A stretch of DNA of 48,229 bases from Hylemonella sp. GTDB taxonomy: Bacteria > Pseudomonadota > Gammaproteobacteria > Burkholderiales > Burkholderiaceae_C. Positions 37,651 to 47,213 of the stretch are shown one piece after another. The position numbers and the translations under genes are program-made. The stretch is from positions 1 to 48,229 of the forward strand of contig DALYHW010000001.1 of NCBI GenBank assembly GCA_031970695.1, given 5' to 3'. Under the pieces are notes generated by a model that worked only from the letters and a program-made list of their open reading frames with translations, was not told where the DNA came from and searched no databases. Position 1 is the stretch's first letter, and the number at the start of each line of letters is the position of its first letter.

Positions 37651-39264
37651 ATGCTGCACACCTACACCTACCCCGAATACAGCTACACGCAGAGCGATGA
37701 ACAGCGCGACGGCGCACTCCGGCGCCATCCCGTGGTGATCATCGGCGCCGGCCCCATCGGCCTGACACAGGCGCTGGACCTGGCGTACCGGGGCGTGCCC
37801 TGCGTCGTCCTGGACGACAACAACACTGTCAGCGTGGGCTCGCGCGCGGTCTGCTACGCGAAGCGCCCGCTGGAGATCTGGGACCGCCTGGGCGTGGGCG
37901 AGGAATTTGCAGCCAAGGGCATCCAGTGGAAGGTGGGCAAGGTCTTCTTCCGCGACGAACTGGCCTACCGCTTCGACCTGCTGCCCGAAGCGCAGCACAA
38001 GATGCCGGCGATGATCAACTACCAGCAGTACTACCTCGAGGAACGGCTGGTGAAAGCGTGCCAGGACTCGCCGCTGGTGGACCTGCGCTGGAAGCACAAG
38101 CTGCTGGCTGTGGAACAGAACGACGAGGTGGCCACGCTGACCGTGGAGACGCCCGACGGCATTTTCAAGCTGCAGGCCGACTGGGTGGTGGCCGCCGACG
38201 GCGCGAACAGCGATACGCGCCGCATGATCGGCGCCGACTTCACCGGCCAGTTCTTCCAGGACCGCTTCCTGATCGCCGACGTGGTGATGAAAGCGGACTT
38301 TCCGACGGAACGATGGTTCTGGTTCGACCCGCCCTTCCACCGGGGCCAGAGCGTGCTGCTGCACAAGCAGTGCGACAACGTCTGGCGCATCGACTTCCAG
38401 CTCGGCTGGAACGCCGATCCCAACGAGGAGAAGCAACCCGAGAAGGTGATCCCGCGCATCCAGGCCATGCTGGGCCCCGGGGTCGAATTTGAACTGGAGT
38501 GGGTGTCGGTCTACCAGTTCGCCTGCCGGCGGATCGACCAGTTCCGCCACGGCCGCGTGATCTTCGCAGGCGACGCGGCACACCAGGTTTCGCCTTTCGG
38601 CGCACGCGGGGCCAACACCGGGGTGCAGGACTGCGACAACCTCTCGTGGAAACTCAAGGCCGTGCTCAACGGCGATGCCCCGCTGGCCCTGCTGGAAACG
38701 TACCACGAGGAGCGTGCCTACGCGGCGGACGACAACCTGGCCCACTCCACGCGCGCGACCGACTTCATCACCCCCAAGAGCCGGACCTCGCTGCGCCTGC
38801 GCAATGCGGTGCTGGAGCTCGCACGCACCGAGGCGTTTGCACGGCCGCTGGTCAACAGCGGGCGCCTGTCCACGCCCACGCCCTACGCGCAGTCCTCCCT
38901 GAACACGGCGGACACCGAGCTGTTTGCCGGCACCATGCGCCCCGGCGCCAACTGTGCCGATGCACCGATCCAGCGCGACGGACGTGACGGCTGGCTGCTC
39001 AACCAGCTGGGCCGGGGCTTCGTGCTGCTGAGCTTTGGCCCGGATCCGCTGGTCACCCCGGTGCGCGCCGGCCAGGTGGAGGCGACCGTGCTGCAGGTGG
39101 GCCGTGACATCAGCGACCCGCAGGGCGTGCTGACCCAACGTTACGACGGCCGGCCCGGAACGGTCTACCTGATCCGCCCCGACCAGCACGTGGCCGCGCG
39201 CTGGCGCGCGTTTGATGCCGGCAAGGTACAGGCGGCGCTGCGGCGCTGCCTCAAGCTCCATTGA
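37651..39264 (+). CDS. FAD-dependent aromatic monooxygenase
   Basis: GAGPIG, AADG, GDAAHQVSPFGARGAN, IRPDQHV. Confidence 0.9.
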   Translation: MLHTYTYPEYSYTQSDEQRDGALRRHPVVIIGAGPIGLTQALDLAYRGVPCVVLDDNNTVSVGSRAVCYAKRPLEIWDRLGVGEEFAAKGIQWKVGKVFFRDELAYRFDLLPEAQHKMPAMINYQQYYLEERLVKACQDSPLVDLRWKHKLLAVEQNDEVATLTVETPDGIFKLQADWVVAADGANSDTRRMIGADFTGQFFQDRFLIADVVMKADFPTERWFWFDPPFHRGQSVLLHKQCDNVWRIDFQLGWNADPNEEKQPEKVIPRIQAMLGPGVEFELEWVSVYQFACRRIDQFRHGRVIFAGDAAHQVSPFGARGANTGVQDCDNLSWKLKAVLNGDAPLALLETYHEERAYAADDNLAHSTRATDFITPKSRTSLRLRNAVLELARTEAFARPLVNSGRLSTPTPYAQSSLNTADTELFAGTMRPGANCADAPIQRDGRDGWLLNQLGRGFVLLSFGPDPLVTPVRAGQVEATVLQVGRDISDPQGVLTQRYDGRPGTVYLIRPDQHVAARWRAFDAGKVQAALRRCLKLH

Positions 39265-39278
39265 TGGGAATGCACACC

Positions 39279-39485
39279 ATGGCCCTGAATCGCCAACCCA
39301 ATATCCCCGACCAGGACAGCTTCTACGCGGAACTCATCCATGCCCAGCGCGACCTCGGCGACGAACAGGCCGACATGGTGCTGGCCAAGCTGGTGCTTAT
39401 CCTGGCCAACCACATCGGCGACCGCGCCGTGCTGAGCGAAGCCCTGCAGCTCGCACGCGACAACACGCTGGCCGCCGCCGGCTGA
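39279..39485 (+). CDS. DUF2783 small protein
   Basis: PDQDSFYAELI...AKLVLILANHIGD. Confidence 0.88.
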   Translation: MALNRQPNIPDQDSFYAELIHAQRDLGDEQADMVLAKLVLILANHIGDRAVLSEALQLARDNTLAAAG

Positions 39486-39492
39486 GGCCGCT

Positions 39493-40626
39493 TCAGGACG
39501 CGGCGACCACCTGGTTGCGTCCACGCTCCTTGGCCTGGTAGAGCGCAGCGTCGACTCGACGGAACCACTCCGCGGCGCTCTCGGCCGACTTCAGTTCGGC
39601 CACGCCCACCGAAGCCGGCAGGAAGATCTCGCGGGCACCCTCGATGATGAATGTGCCCGCCAGCGTCTGGCGCACGCGCTCGGCCAGTGGCAGCGCCGCC
39701 TCCAGATCCGTGTGCGGCAGCAGCACCAGGAACTCTTCACCGCCGACGCGGCCCAGCAGGTCACCACCGCGCAACTGGGCCGCCACGGACTTGACCACCT
39801 TGCGCAATGCGCGGTCACCCGTCGGATGGCCGTAGTTGTCGTTGATGGCCTTGAAGTGGTCCAGGTCGAACATGATCATGGTGGCACTGGCGCCATGGCG
39901 CTGCCGCAGCGAGACCTGCTGTTCCATCTGCTCGAGTATGTGGCGCCGGCTGTAGGCGCCCGTCAGCTGGTCATGGATCAACAACTCATGCAGGCGTTCG
40001 ACCAGGGCCGCATTGCGGGCAAACTGCTCCACATCACGCAGCACCACCTTGCCGAGCTCGCGGGCATAGCCCAGTTGCACCACGAGCCCGACCAGCAGGC
40101 CGACCTGCAGGTAGGTCGACACCGGGCTGGGATAGAGGACCGCGTGCAGAAATGGCACGAGGTAGATGCCGCCGAAAAACAGCAAGGTCGCCCAGGCGTA
40201 GGACGCCATCGTGACCATGCTCACGCCAGCGACGCCGACGACGATGGTCACGGTCGCCAGATAGGTCGCCACATTGGTGCCACGCCAGACAAACCATACA
40301 AGAGCACCCCAGGTCACCCCGCTGATGCCCGCCAGCACGAAGTGGGTGCGCTTCCAGAACATGGCATCGCTGCCGCCAGCGAGCACCCGCCGGCAGCGCA
40401 GGCCCGCGAGGAAGATGGCCAGCTCGGCAGCACTCATCCAGCCGGTCCAGACCAGGGCGCGCCCCCAGCCGGCACTCGCCAGCAACACCCAGCAGCCCAG
40501 TGCAATGCCCGCCAGGGCGCCCACCGCCCCGACGATGGAGCGCTCGTTGAACACCCGCAGGCGTTCGGTTCCCGCAACCCGGGCGATCGCCTCTTCGTCC
40601 AACTCGTGCAGCGCCGCGTATTGCAT
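39493..40626 (-). CDS. Membrane-bound diguanylate cyclase
   Basis: TM N-terminus, DQLTG, DLDHFKAIND, RxxD I-site followed by GGEEF. Confidence 0.92.
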   Translation of the reverse strand: MQYAALHELDEEAIARVAGTERLRVFNERSIVGAVGALAGIALGCWVLLASAGWGRALVWTGWMSAAELAIFLAGLRCRRVLAGGSDAMFWKRTHFVLAGISGVTWGALVWFVWRGTNVATYLATVTIVVGVAGVSMVTMASYAWATLLFFGGIYLVPFLHAVLYPSPVSTYLQVGLLVGLVVQLGYARELGKVVLRDVEQFARNAALVERLHELLIHDQLTGAYSRRHILEQMEQQVSLRQRHGASATMIMFDLDHFKAINDNYGHPTGDRALRKVVKSVAAQLRGGDLLGRVGGEEFLVLLPHTDLEAALPLAERVRQTLAGTFIIEGAREIFLPASVGVAELKSAESAAEWFRRVDAALYQAKERGRNQVVAAS

Positions 40627-40756
40627 GACCTGATGATCTACCCACAAGGAATCTTCTGGTCATTCTAGGGTGCCAGGCCCTCATCCCGCGCCTGCCACCC
40701 TGAGGACCCGTGAAATATTCATCTTCTGCGCGGGCGGGCCAGCCGCCACGCGATGC

Positions 40757-41299
40757 TCAGACCCCGGAAGGAATCTTGGCGCGCATGGCCTTGCGCCGGT
40801 CGAACCGGCGTCCATCGGCGATAAAGGTGCCGTCGCCCACCGCGTGCAGCATTCGCCGCTCCCGCCGCGTGGTGTCCATCCACGCCGCCACGCCCTCGAG
40901 CACGACGATGTTGTGCTTGCGCACGATGTCCACGACCCGGCACTCGATGTTGGCAAGGCATTCCTTGATCAGGGGCGCGCGAACCTGCTGGCCTGGCTGG
41001 GCGGTCAAACCGAACCGCTCGAACTTGTCGGTGTCCGTTCCGCTGCAGGTACCGATGCCGACCACCTGGTCGATCAGGTCCGCCGCGGGAATGGCAATCA
41101 CACATTCGCGGTGCCTGCGCAGCGCGGCGTAGGAGGTGTTCCATGGCCCGGTGGTGATCGCAAACACCGGGGTGAAATCGACCACCATGGTCCAGGAAAT
41201 GGTCATCACGTTGGGTCGACGGCCGTCGTGGGTGGTGATGAGCACGACGGGGCCTGGCTCCAAGAGGGTGAAGGCCATGTTGAGGGGGAGTTTTTTCAT
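40757..41299 (-). CDS. Flavin reductase-like (flavoredoxin) protein
   Basis: EPGPVVLITT, NVMTISW, SGTDTDKF, ANIECRV. Confidence 0.87.
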   Translation of the reverse strand: MKKLPLNMAFTLLEPGPVVLITTHDGRRPNVMTISWTMVVDFTPVFAITTGPWNTSYAALRRHRECVIAIPAADLIDQVVGIGTCSGTDTDKFERFGLTAQPGQQVRAPLIKECLANIECRVVDIVRKHNIVVLEGVAAWMDTTRRERRMLHAVGDGTFIADGRRFDRRKAMRAKIPSGV

Positions 41300-41336
41300 C
41301 TGTCGCCTCCCGCCGTGTCCCCGGCCTGAAGCCACC

Positions 41337-41972
41337 TCAGCGTTTGCGGGCGACCAGGCCGATCAGCGCAGAACGCCCTTTGTGCTGGCTGCCTTCGGTC
41401 AGCTCCGCCTCGTACTCGCGCAGCGCGAGCACCTCGAAGCCGGCGAACGCGTCGCGCAGCATAGTCTCGGTGTACAGATGCTCCACGAACGGCGGGCCGC
41501 CGGTCTTGTACTCCAGTTGTTTCGGCGTGTAGCCCTGCAGGACGAGCGCACCACCGGTCTTGAGACAGCGCTTGATATTCTCGAACATCCGCGTGCGCAT
41601 GGCGGGGTCGGCAAACTGCACGAAGATCGCCGCCACGCCATCGTAGCGGGCCTCCCCGTAGTCGAACGCATCGCAATCGGCCACGCTGTAATTGACCTGC
41701 ACACCCTGGGCCTGCGCCAGGCGACGCGCCTTGGCCACCCCCACATCGGCGACGTCGTAGGCGTCCACGACCAGGCCCTGCTGGGCCAGCCACACGCTGT
41801 TGCGCCCTTCGCCGTCCGCGACGCAGAGCACACGCTGACCGCGTTGCCACACCGGCGCGTGCTCCCGCAGCCAGGTGTTGGGCTCGGTGCCGAAGATGAA
41901 CCCTTCGGCAGTGAAGCGTTTGTTCCAGGTCTGGGCGGCGTCGGCGAAAGCGGGCGGGGTGGGCGAAATCAT
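41337..41972 (-). CDS. Class I SAM-dependent methyltransferase (TehB-like)
   Basis: WNKRF, VADGEGRNSVWLA, LKTGG. Confidence 0.88.
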   Translation of the reverse strand: MISPTPPAFADAAQTWNKRFTAEGFIFGTEPNTWLREHAPVWQRGQRVLCVADGEGRNSVWLAQQGLVVDAYDVADVGVAKARRLAQAQGVQVNYSVADCDAFDYGEARYDGVAAIFVQFADPAMRTRMFENIKRCLKTGGALVLQGYTPKQLEYKTGGPPFVEHLYTETMLRDAFAGFEVLALREYEAELTEGSQHKGRSALIGLVARKR

Positions 41973-41978
41973 GGCGCT

Positions 41979-42014
41979 AAAAAAAACGGAAAAGGGCCAT
42001 TGTGGCCCTTTTCC
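41979..42014 (-). terminator. Intrinsic terminator after ohr
   Basis: GGAAAAGGGCCA-TTG-TGGCCCTTTTCC stem followed by a T-run on the minus strand. Confidence 0.85.
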
Positions 42015-42034
42015 CTCTGGCACGGTGGCCGGAC

Positions 42035-42463
42035 TCAGGCGAGCTGCAGGTCCACCACGATGTTGCCGCGCGTGGCATTGGAGTATGGGCAGACCTGGTG
42101 CGCGGTGTTCACCAGGTCCTGCGCCACAGCGCGGTCCAGGCCCGGCAGGTGAATGACCATCTGCACGGCCAGACCGAAGCCCTGGGCAATGGGGCCGAGG
42201 TCAACCTTGGCATCCACTGCGGCGTCGGCCGGGAGGGCGACCTTCTTCATGCCGGCCACGTGCTTGAGTGCGCTCAGGTAGCAGGCAGAGTAGCCGGCGG
42301 CAAACAGCTGCTCCGGGTTGGTGGCGCCGCCGGCGCCGCCCAGGCCCTTGGGAGGCGAGAGCTTGACGTCGAGCAGGCCATCGTCGGACACAGCGCGGCC
42401 GTCACGGCCACCCGTGGTGCGGGTGCGGGCGCTGTAGAGGATCTTGTCGAGGACGGTGGGCAT
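42035..42463 (-). CDS. ohr: Organic hydroperoxide resistance protein
   Basis: GGRDG, TNPEQLFAAGYSAC, AHQVCPYSNATRGN. Confidence 0.96.
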   Translation of the reverse strand: MPTVLDKILYSARTRTTGGRDGRAVSDDGLLDVKLSPPKGLGGAGGATNPEQLFAAGYSACYLSALKHVAGMKKVALPADAAVDAKVDLGPIAQGFGLAVQMVIHLPGLDRAVAQDLVNTAHQVCPYSNATRGNIVVDLQLA

Positions 42464-42498
42464 GGTGACTCCTTGCGGTGGGTAAACAGAGGGGATGA

Positions 42499-42954
42499 TC
42501 AGAGGGCCTGCGCGAGGCGTTCGCGCAGGGCACGCACCTCGCGGGTGAGCTGGCCGAGTTCGGCCAGCGAACACTGGGCCGCCTCCAGCATGCAGGCGGG
42601 AACGGGGGCCGCTTTCGCCTTGAGCCGGCGACCGGCCGCCGTCAGCTGGATCAGCACGCGACGCTCGTCGGCCACGTCACGCAGGCGGCTGAGGTGACCG
42701 GCGCTCTCCAGCCGCTTGAGCAGCGGGGTGAGCGTGCCCGAGTCGAGATAGAGGCGGCCGCCGAGTTCCGAGACGGTCAGGCCATCCCGCTCCCACAGCA
42801 CCAGCATCACGAGGTACTGGGGATACGTCAGGCCGATCGCGTCCAGATGCGGCTTGTACACCTTGGACATGGCCAGCGAGGCAGAGTACAGGGCAAAGCA
42901 GAGCTGGTTGTCCAGCTTCAGCACCTGGTCGGGATCGAGCTTTTTGGTCGGCAT
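42499..42954 (-). CDS. ohrR: OhrR regulator
   Basis: [33 protein letters not shown]. Confidence 0.95.
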   Translation of the reverse strand: MPTKKLDPDQVLKLDNQLCFALYSASLAMSKVYKPHLDAIGLTYPQYLVMLVLWERDGLTVSELGGRLYLDSGTLTPLLKRLESAGHLSRLRDVADERRVLIQLTAAGRRLKAKAAPVPACMLEAAQCSLAELGQLTREVRALRERLAQAL

Positions 42955-42979
42955 GGACTGAATTATGGCCAGCTTTTGT

Positions 42980-43000
42980 ATTGTGCACAATTTAATTGCG
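42980..43000. promoter_or_regulatory. OhrR operator
   Basis: CACAATT-T-AATTGCG resembles the OhrR box TACAATT-N-AATTGTA; overlaps the palindrome ATTGTGCACAAT. Confidence 0.75.
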
Positions 43001-43106
43001 AGATATCCATTTGGACTCGAAGGTCAAATTGGCAACCGAAAGCCGGCGATTTCGGCGCCGTGCGATTTGTATGATGGGCGGGTCGCACATCCGAATCCGC
43101 ACGCGC

Positions 43107-44036
43107 ATGACCGCTTCTGCCACCACCCCGCCGCCCCGCACCCTGCTGCAGATGACGCGGCCCGGATTCCTCACCATCACGGTCGTGGGCTGCCTGCTGG
43201 GCACGGCAATCGCAGCGGCCTGCGGGCATGGCCCTCATCTCGCCGTTGCCGTGGCCACCACCTTGCTGGCCTGCCTGGCCCATGCCGCCGGCAACGTGCT
43301 CAACGATTACCACGACGCGCTCAACGGTGCGGATGCAGCCAACTCGGCGGGCATCCATCCTTTCACCGGCGGCGCCCGCCTGATCCAGAACCAGGTCGTC
43401 ACGCCCGGGCAGACGCGCGAGCTGTTCCGCCTGTTGGCCTTTCTGCTGGTGGCCTTTGGCTTGCTGCTGGCCATCAAAACCACGGGCTGGGTGATCGCGC
43501 TCGGACTGGCCGGCGTGGTGCTGCTGTGGGCCTACTCCGCGCCACCGCTGGCCCTGATGTGTCGCGGGCTGGGCGAACCGGTGATTGCCCTGGTGTGGGC
43601 GCTGGTGGTCATCGGCGCCGATGCGGTGCAACGCGGCACGGTGTTCGTCATCCCGGCCGTCACTGCCGTGAGCTTCGGCCTGCTGGCCGCCAACATCCTG
43701 CTGATCAATGGCTTGCCGGATGCCGCCTCGGATGCCCGGGTTGGCAAACGCACGCTCGCCGTACGCCTGGGGCCACGGGGGGCAGCCCTGGCCTACCTGG
43801 CCGTCGGCGTCACGGCCCACCTGTGGCTGGCGGTCGGGGTCTGGTGGCTCTACCAGCCGGAGCCAGCGATCTGGGGCCTGCTCTCGGCGCCCCTCACGCT
43901 GGCCGCTGCACTGCTGCTGTGGCAGCGTGCACGCACGCCGCAGCGCCTGCGGCCGGCCATCGTGCTCACCATCGCCGCCGCCAATGTGCACGGCCTGGCG
44001 ATGGCAGCGGGGTTCTGGTCGCTGTACCGCGGGTGA
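43107..44036 (+). CDS. UbiA-superfamily prenyltransferase, MenA/UBIAD1-like
   Basis: TRPGFL, NVLNDYHD, YSAPP, GLGE, NGLPDAASDARVGKRTLAVRLG. Confidence 0.85.
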   Translation: MTASATTPPPRTLLQMTRPGFLTITVVGCLLGTAIAAACGHGPHLAVAVATTLLACLAHAAGNVLNDYHDALNGADAANSAGIHPFTGGARLIQNQVVTPGQTRELFRLLAFLLVAFGLLLAIKTTGWVIALGLAGVVLLWAYSAPPLALMCRGLGEPVIALVWALVVIGADAVQRGTVFVIPAVTAVSFGLLAANILLINGLPDAASDARVGKRTLAVRLGPRGAALAYLAVGVTAHLWLAVGVWWLYQPEPAIWGLLSAPLTLAAALLLWQRARTPQRLRPAIVLTIAAANVHGLAMAAGFWSLYRG

Positions 44037-44053
44037 CACGCAGCCGGCAGCGA

Positions 44054-44067
44054 TTGATCCAGATCAG
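44054..44067. promoter_or_regulatory. FNR-type box
   Basis: TTGAT-CCAG-ATCAG, 9/10 to TTGAT-N4-ATCAA, about 60 nt upstream of the DUF3149 start. Confidence 0.65.
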
Positions 44068-44126
44068 CGCGCCGAGCACGCGGCGTGGCAGCATGGACGC
44101 GTGGTGATGTTCACCGCGCAGGAGCC

Positions 44127-44249
44127 ATGATGAAACTCTTCCATGATCTTTTCTTTACCGACTACGGCCTGATGAGCATCAGCGGCATCGTCTTCATGAT
44201 CGGGATGGCGGTGTTCTTCGTTCGCCTTTTCCTCAAGCAGACGAAGTAA
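44127..44249 (+). CDS. DUF3149-like small membrane protein (40 aa)
   Basis: Not in ORF track; AGGAG RBS; MMKLFHDLFFTDYGLMSISGIVFMIGMAVFFVRLFLKQTK. Confidence 0.82.
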   Translation: MMKLFHDLFFTDYGLMSISGIVFMIGMAVFFVRLFLKQTK

Positions 44250-44269
44250 GGCCCACGCCGGCGCAAGGC

Positions 44270-45328
44270 TCAGTCCGGGCGCCGGCCTTCCCACGCATCC
44301 TGAAACAGCTGCCGCAGGGCCGCACGCTCCAGCGGGCGCGGGTTGGGGTACTGGTTCTGCAGGGCGATGTCACAGGCCTTGTCGAGGTCGCCGGCCTGCA
44401 GGCCCAGGTCCCTGAGCGCGACGGGGGCACCATTGTTCCTGGCCAGGTCGTACACCGCCTGCGCCGCGCTGGGACCGCCCAGCGCACGCGCAATGCGCGC
44501 CATGGCCTGCGGTGCATGCTGGCTGTTGTAGGCCAGGGCGTGCGGCAGCACGATGGTATGGGTCTCGGCATGCGGCAGATTGAAGCTGCCGCCCAGCGTG
44601 TGGCACAGCTTGTGGTGCAGCGCCATGCCGACATGGCCCAGCACCGTGCCGCACAGCCAGGCGCCGTAGAGCGCATCGCCACGCGCCTCGATGTCGCCAG
44701 CGTCGTGCACGATGCGCGGCAGCGCGCGTCCCAGTGCGGCGATGCCTTCCTCGGCCATCAGGTCCATGATGGGGTTGCGGTCGACAGCGTACAGGCCCTC
44801 GGCCGCGTGGGCGATGGCATTGATGCCGCTGGTCACGCTCAAGCCTACGGGCAGACTCAGCGTGAGCTCCGGGTCGTAGATCACGGTACGTGGCAGCACC
44901 CGGATGTCCCGCCCGGTCTTCTTCAGGCCGGCCTCGGTGATGCCATAGATCGGGGTCATCTCCGAGCCGGCATACGTGGTGGGAATGGCCAGGATGGGCA
45001 GCCCCGAGTCGAGCGCGATCGCCTTGCCCAGCCCCGTGGTCGAGCCGCCGCCGATGGCCACGGCACAGTCGGCTCCCAACTTCCTTGCCACATCGCGTGC
45101 CTCGCGCGCCGTCTCCAGGGGCACGTGCATGACCGCACGGTCAAACACGCCGGCCGCCCGCGCACCCAGCAGGCCGGCCACCATTTCCGCCGAAGCGCGT
45201 TGCTCGGGCGTGGACAGGACCAGCGCCTTCTTCGCGCCGAGCGCGTCGATTTCCCTGGCCAGCTGCGAGAGCGAGCCGGCGCCGAAAATGACGCGCGCGG
45301 GCTGGGCCGTATAGACAAAAGGGGTCAC
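44270..45328 (-). CDS. Maleylacetate reductase
   Basis: AVMHVP, GGGSTTGLGKA, PTTYAGSE, NAIAHAAE, HHKLCHTLGG, YPNPR. Confidence 0.93.
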   Translation of the reverse strand: MTPFVYTAQPARVIFGAGSLSQLAREIDALGAKKALVLSTPEQRASAEMVAGLLGARAAGVFDRAVMHVPLETAREARDVARKLGADCAVAIGGGSTTGLGKAIALDSGLPILAIPTTYAGSEMTPIYGITEAGLKKTGRDIRVLPRTVIYDPELTLSLPVGLSVTSGINAIAHAAEGLYAVDRNPIMDLMAEEGIAALGRALPRIVHDAGDIEARGDALYGAWLCGTVLGHVGMALHHKLCHTLGGSFNLPHAETHTIVLPHALAYNSQHAPQAMARIARALGGPSAAQAVYDLARNNGAPVALRDLGLQAGDLDKACDIALQNQYPNPRPLERAALRQLFQDAWEGRRPD

Positions 45329-45358
45329 AGCAATCGCCAGGGAAGTCCAGCGGCGAGC

Positions 45359-46240
45359 TTACAGATTGAGATCGGGAGGCAGGCCGGCACCACGTTCGAC
45401 TACTTTGATGATGGCCGCGTAATCGTCCAGCGCATCGCCCTGCACCACGGCGGCATGCATGAGCTTTTGGGTCATCGCGGTCTGCAGCAGCGGCACGTTG
45501 TGCACGGCACCGGCACCCAGAATGAGGTCGAGGTCCTTGATCATCTGCTCGACGGTAAACGTGGGCGTGAAGTCACGCTGGCTCAGCTGCACGGCCTTGG
45601 CCTTGACGATGGGCGAAGCGACGGCGCTGCTCGTAAGCACCTGCCACATGGCCTTCCAGTCCAGTCCGCCCTTGCGTCCGAGCGTGAGCGCCTCGGCCAG
45701 CATGGCACTGGTCTGCGCGATCATGAGGTTGACCACCAGCTTCATGAGCCGCGCCTGCTCGGCCTCGCCCAGGTAGAACTGGCTGGGGCCCAGGGCCTGC
45801 AGCAGCGGCAGCAGCGTGTCATAGGTCGGACGTGGACCCGACGCCAGCACCGTGAGCTGCGCGGCCTCGGCCATCTTGTTGTTGCCCGAGACGGTGACGC
45901 GCAGGTACGCGATGCCCTTGCCCGCCAGCAGCCGGGCCACCTCGGCCGACACCTGCGGCGACACGGTGCTGGTGTCCACGAAGATCGTGCCGTCACGTGC
46001 CGCGGCGGCGACCTGCGCCGCGACACCCCGCAGGGCCTCGTCATGCGGCAAGGACGAGAACACGACGTCGGCCCGGGCCAGGGCCTCGGGCACGTCGAGC
46101 GCCACCGCCAGTCCGTGCTCCTGCGCCAGTTCACGGCGCTCGGCACAGGGGTCACTGACGGTCAGGTGATGTCCGGCCCGCGCAAGATGGCCTGCCATGG
46201 GCAGGCCCATCTTGCCGACGCCGCAGAAATGGATCTTCAC
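45359..46240 (-). CDS. 3-hydroxyisobutyrate-dehydrogenase-family NAD(P) oxidoreductase
   Basis: GVGKMGLPMA, DTSTVSP, MKLVVN, KDL. Confidence 0.88.
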   Translation of the reverse strand: MKIHFCGVGKMGLPMAGHLARAGHHLTVSDPCAERRELAQEHGLAVALDVPEALARADVVFSSLPHDEALRGVAAQVAAAARDGTIFVDTSTVSPQVSAEVARLLAGKGIAYLRVTVSGNNKMAEAAQLTVLASGPRPTYDTLLPLLQALGPSQFYLGEAEQARLMKLVVNLMIAQTSAMLAEALTLGRKGGLDWKAMWQVLTSSAVASPIVKAKAVQLSQRDFTPTFTVEQMIKDLDLILGAGAVHNVPLLQTAMTQKLMHAAVVQGDALDDYAAIIKVVERGAGLPPDLNL

Positions 46241-46256
46241 GTTTTCGGCGTCCTGG

Positions 46257-47213
46257 TCACTGGGCTTTCAGGTTGGCCATCTTCACGATACGTGCGGCCA
46301 CGTCCATCTCGCTCTTGATGTAGGCGTTGAACTCCTCGGGGCTCATGGCAAAGGGGTCGGCCCCGAGCTTGGCGAGGCGCTCCTTGAGCTCGGGCGTGCC
46401 CAGGGCCTTGATGGCTTCCTCGTTGAGCCGCTTCACAATGGCCGCGGGTGTGGCCGCGGGCACTATCATGCCCACCCACAGCGTGTAGTCGGAATCGGGC
46501 AGACCGGCCTCAATGCTGGTCGGCACATTGGGCAGGGTGGAGGCGCGGGTCTTGGTGCTGACCGACAGCGCCTGCAGCTTGCCGTCGCGCACCAGCGGCA
46601 GGGCCGAGGCCAGCGGGGCGAAGAACCAGTCGTTGGCCCCGCCGATGACGTTGGTCATCGCATCCGGCGTGCCCTTGTAGGGCACGTGCAGCGCGTCCAG
46701 CCCCGCCTGCAGGCGGAAAATTTCGGCGTTCATGTGCGTGCCGCTGCCGATGCCGGCCGACGCGTAGTTGTACTTGCCGGGAGCCGACTTCGCCGCGGCG
46801 ATCAGTTCAGCCTGCGTTTTCCAGCCCTTGGACGGATTCACGACGAGCACGTTCGGGATCGCCGCCAGCGTGGTCACCCCGGCGAGGTCGCGCAACGTGT
46901 CGTAACCCAGGTTGGGATACAGCGCAGGGTTCAGTGCATGGCCCGAGGAATGTACCAGCACGGTGTAGCCGTCGGGCTCGCTCTTGGCGACCTGCGCCGC
47001 CGCGATGGTGCCGCCCGCGCCCAACTTGTTCTCGATCACGATGGGCTGGCCCATGCTGCGGCTCATGGCCTCGCCCACGGTGCGGGCCACGATGTCGGTG
47101 GCGCTGCCGGCCGTGAAGGGCACGATGAACTTGATCGGCTTGGCCGGGTACCCCTGGGCCAGCGCTGCGCCGGCCAGCAGCAGCGCGGCGGCTGCAGTCA
47201 TTACGCGTTTCAT
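46257..47213 (-). CDS. Bug/TTT substrate-binding protein
   Basis: VPFTAGSATD, ENKLGAGG, HVPYKG. Confidence 0.92.
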   Translation of the reverse strand: MKRVMTAAAALLLAGAALAQGYPAKPIKFIVPFTAGSATDIVARTVGEAMSRSMGQPIVIENKLGAGGTIAAAQVAKSEPDGYTVLVHSSGHALNPALYPNLGYDTLRDLAGVTTLAAIPNVLVVNPSKGWKTQAELIAAAKSAPGKYNYASAGIGSGTHMNAEIFRLQAGLDALHVPYKGTPDAMTNVIGGANDWFFAPLASALPLVRDGKLQALSVSTKTRASTLPNVPTSIEAGLPDSDYTLWVGMIVPAATPAAIVKRLNEEAIKALGTPELKERLAKLGADPFAMSPEEFNAYIKSEMDVAARIVKMANLKAQ

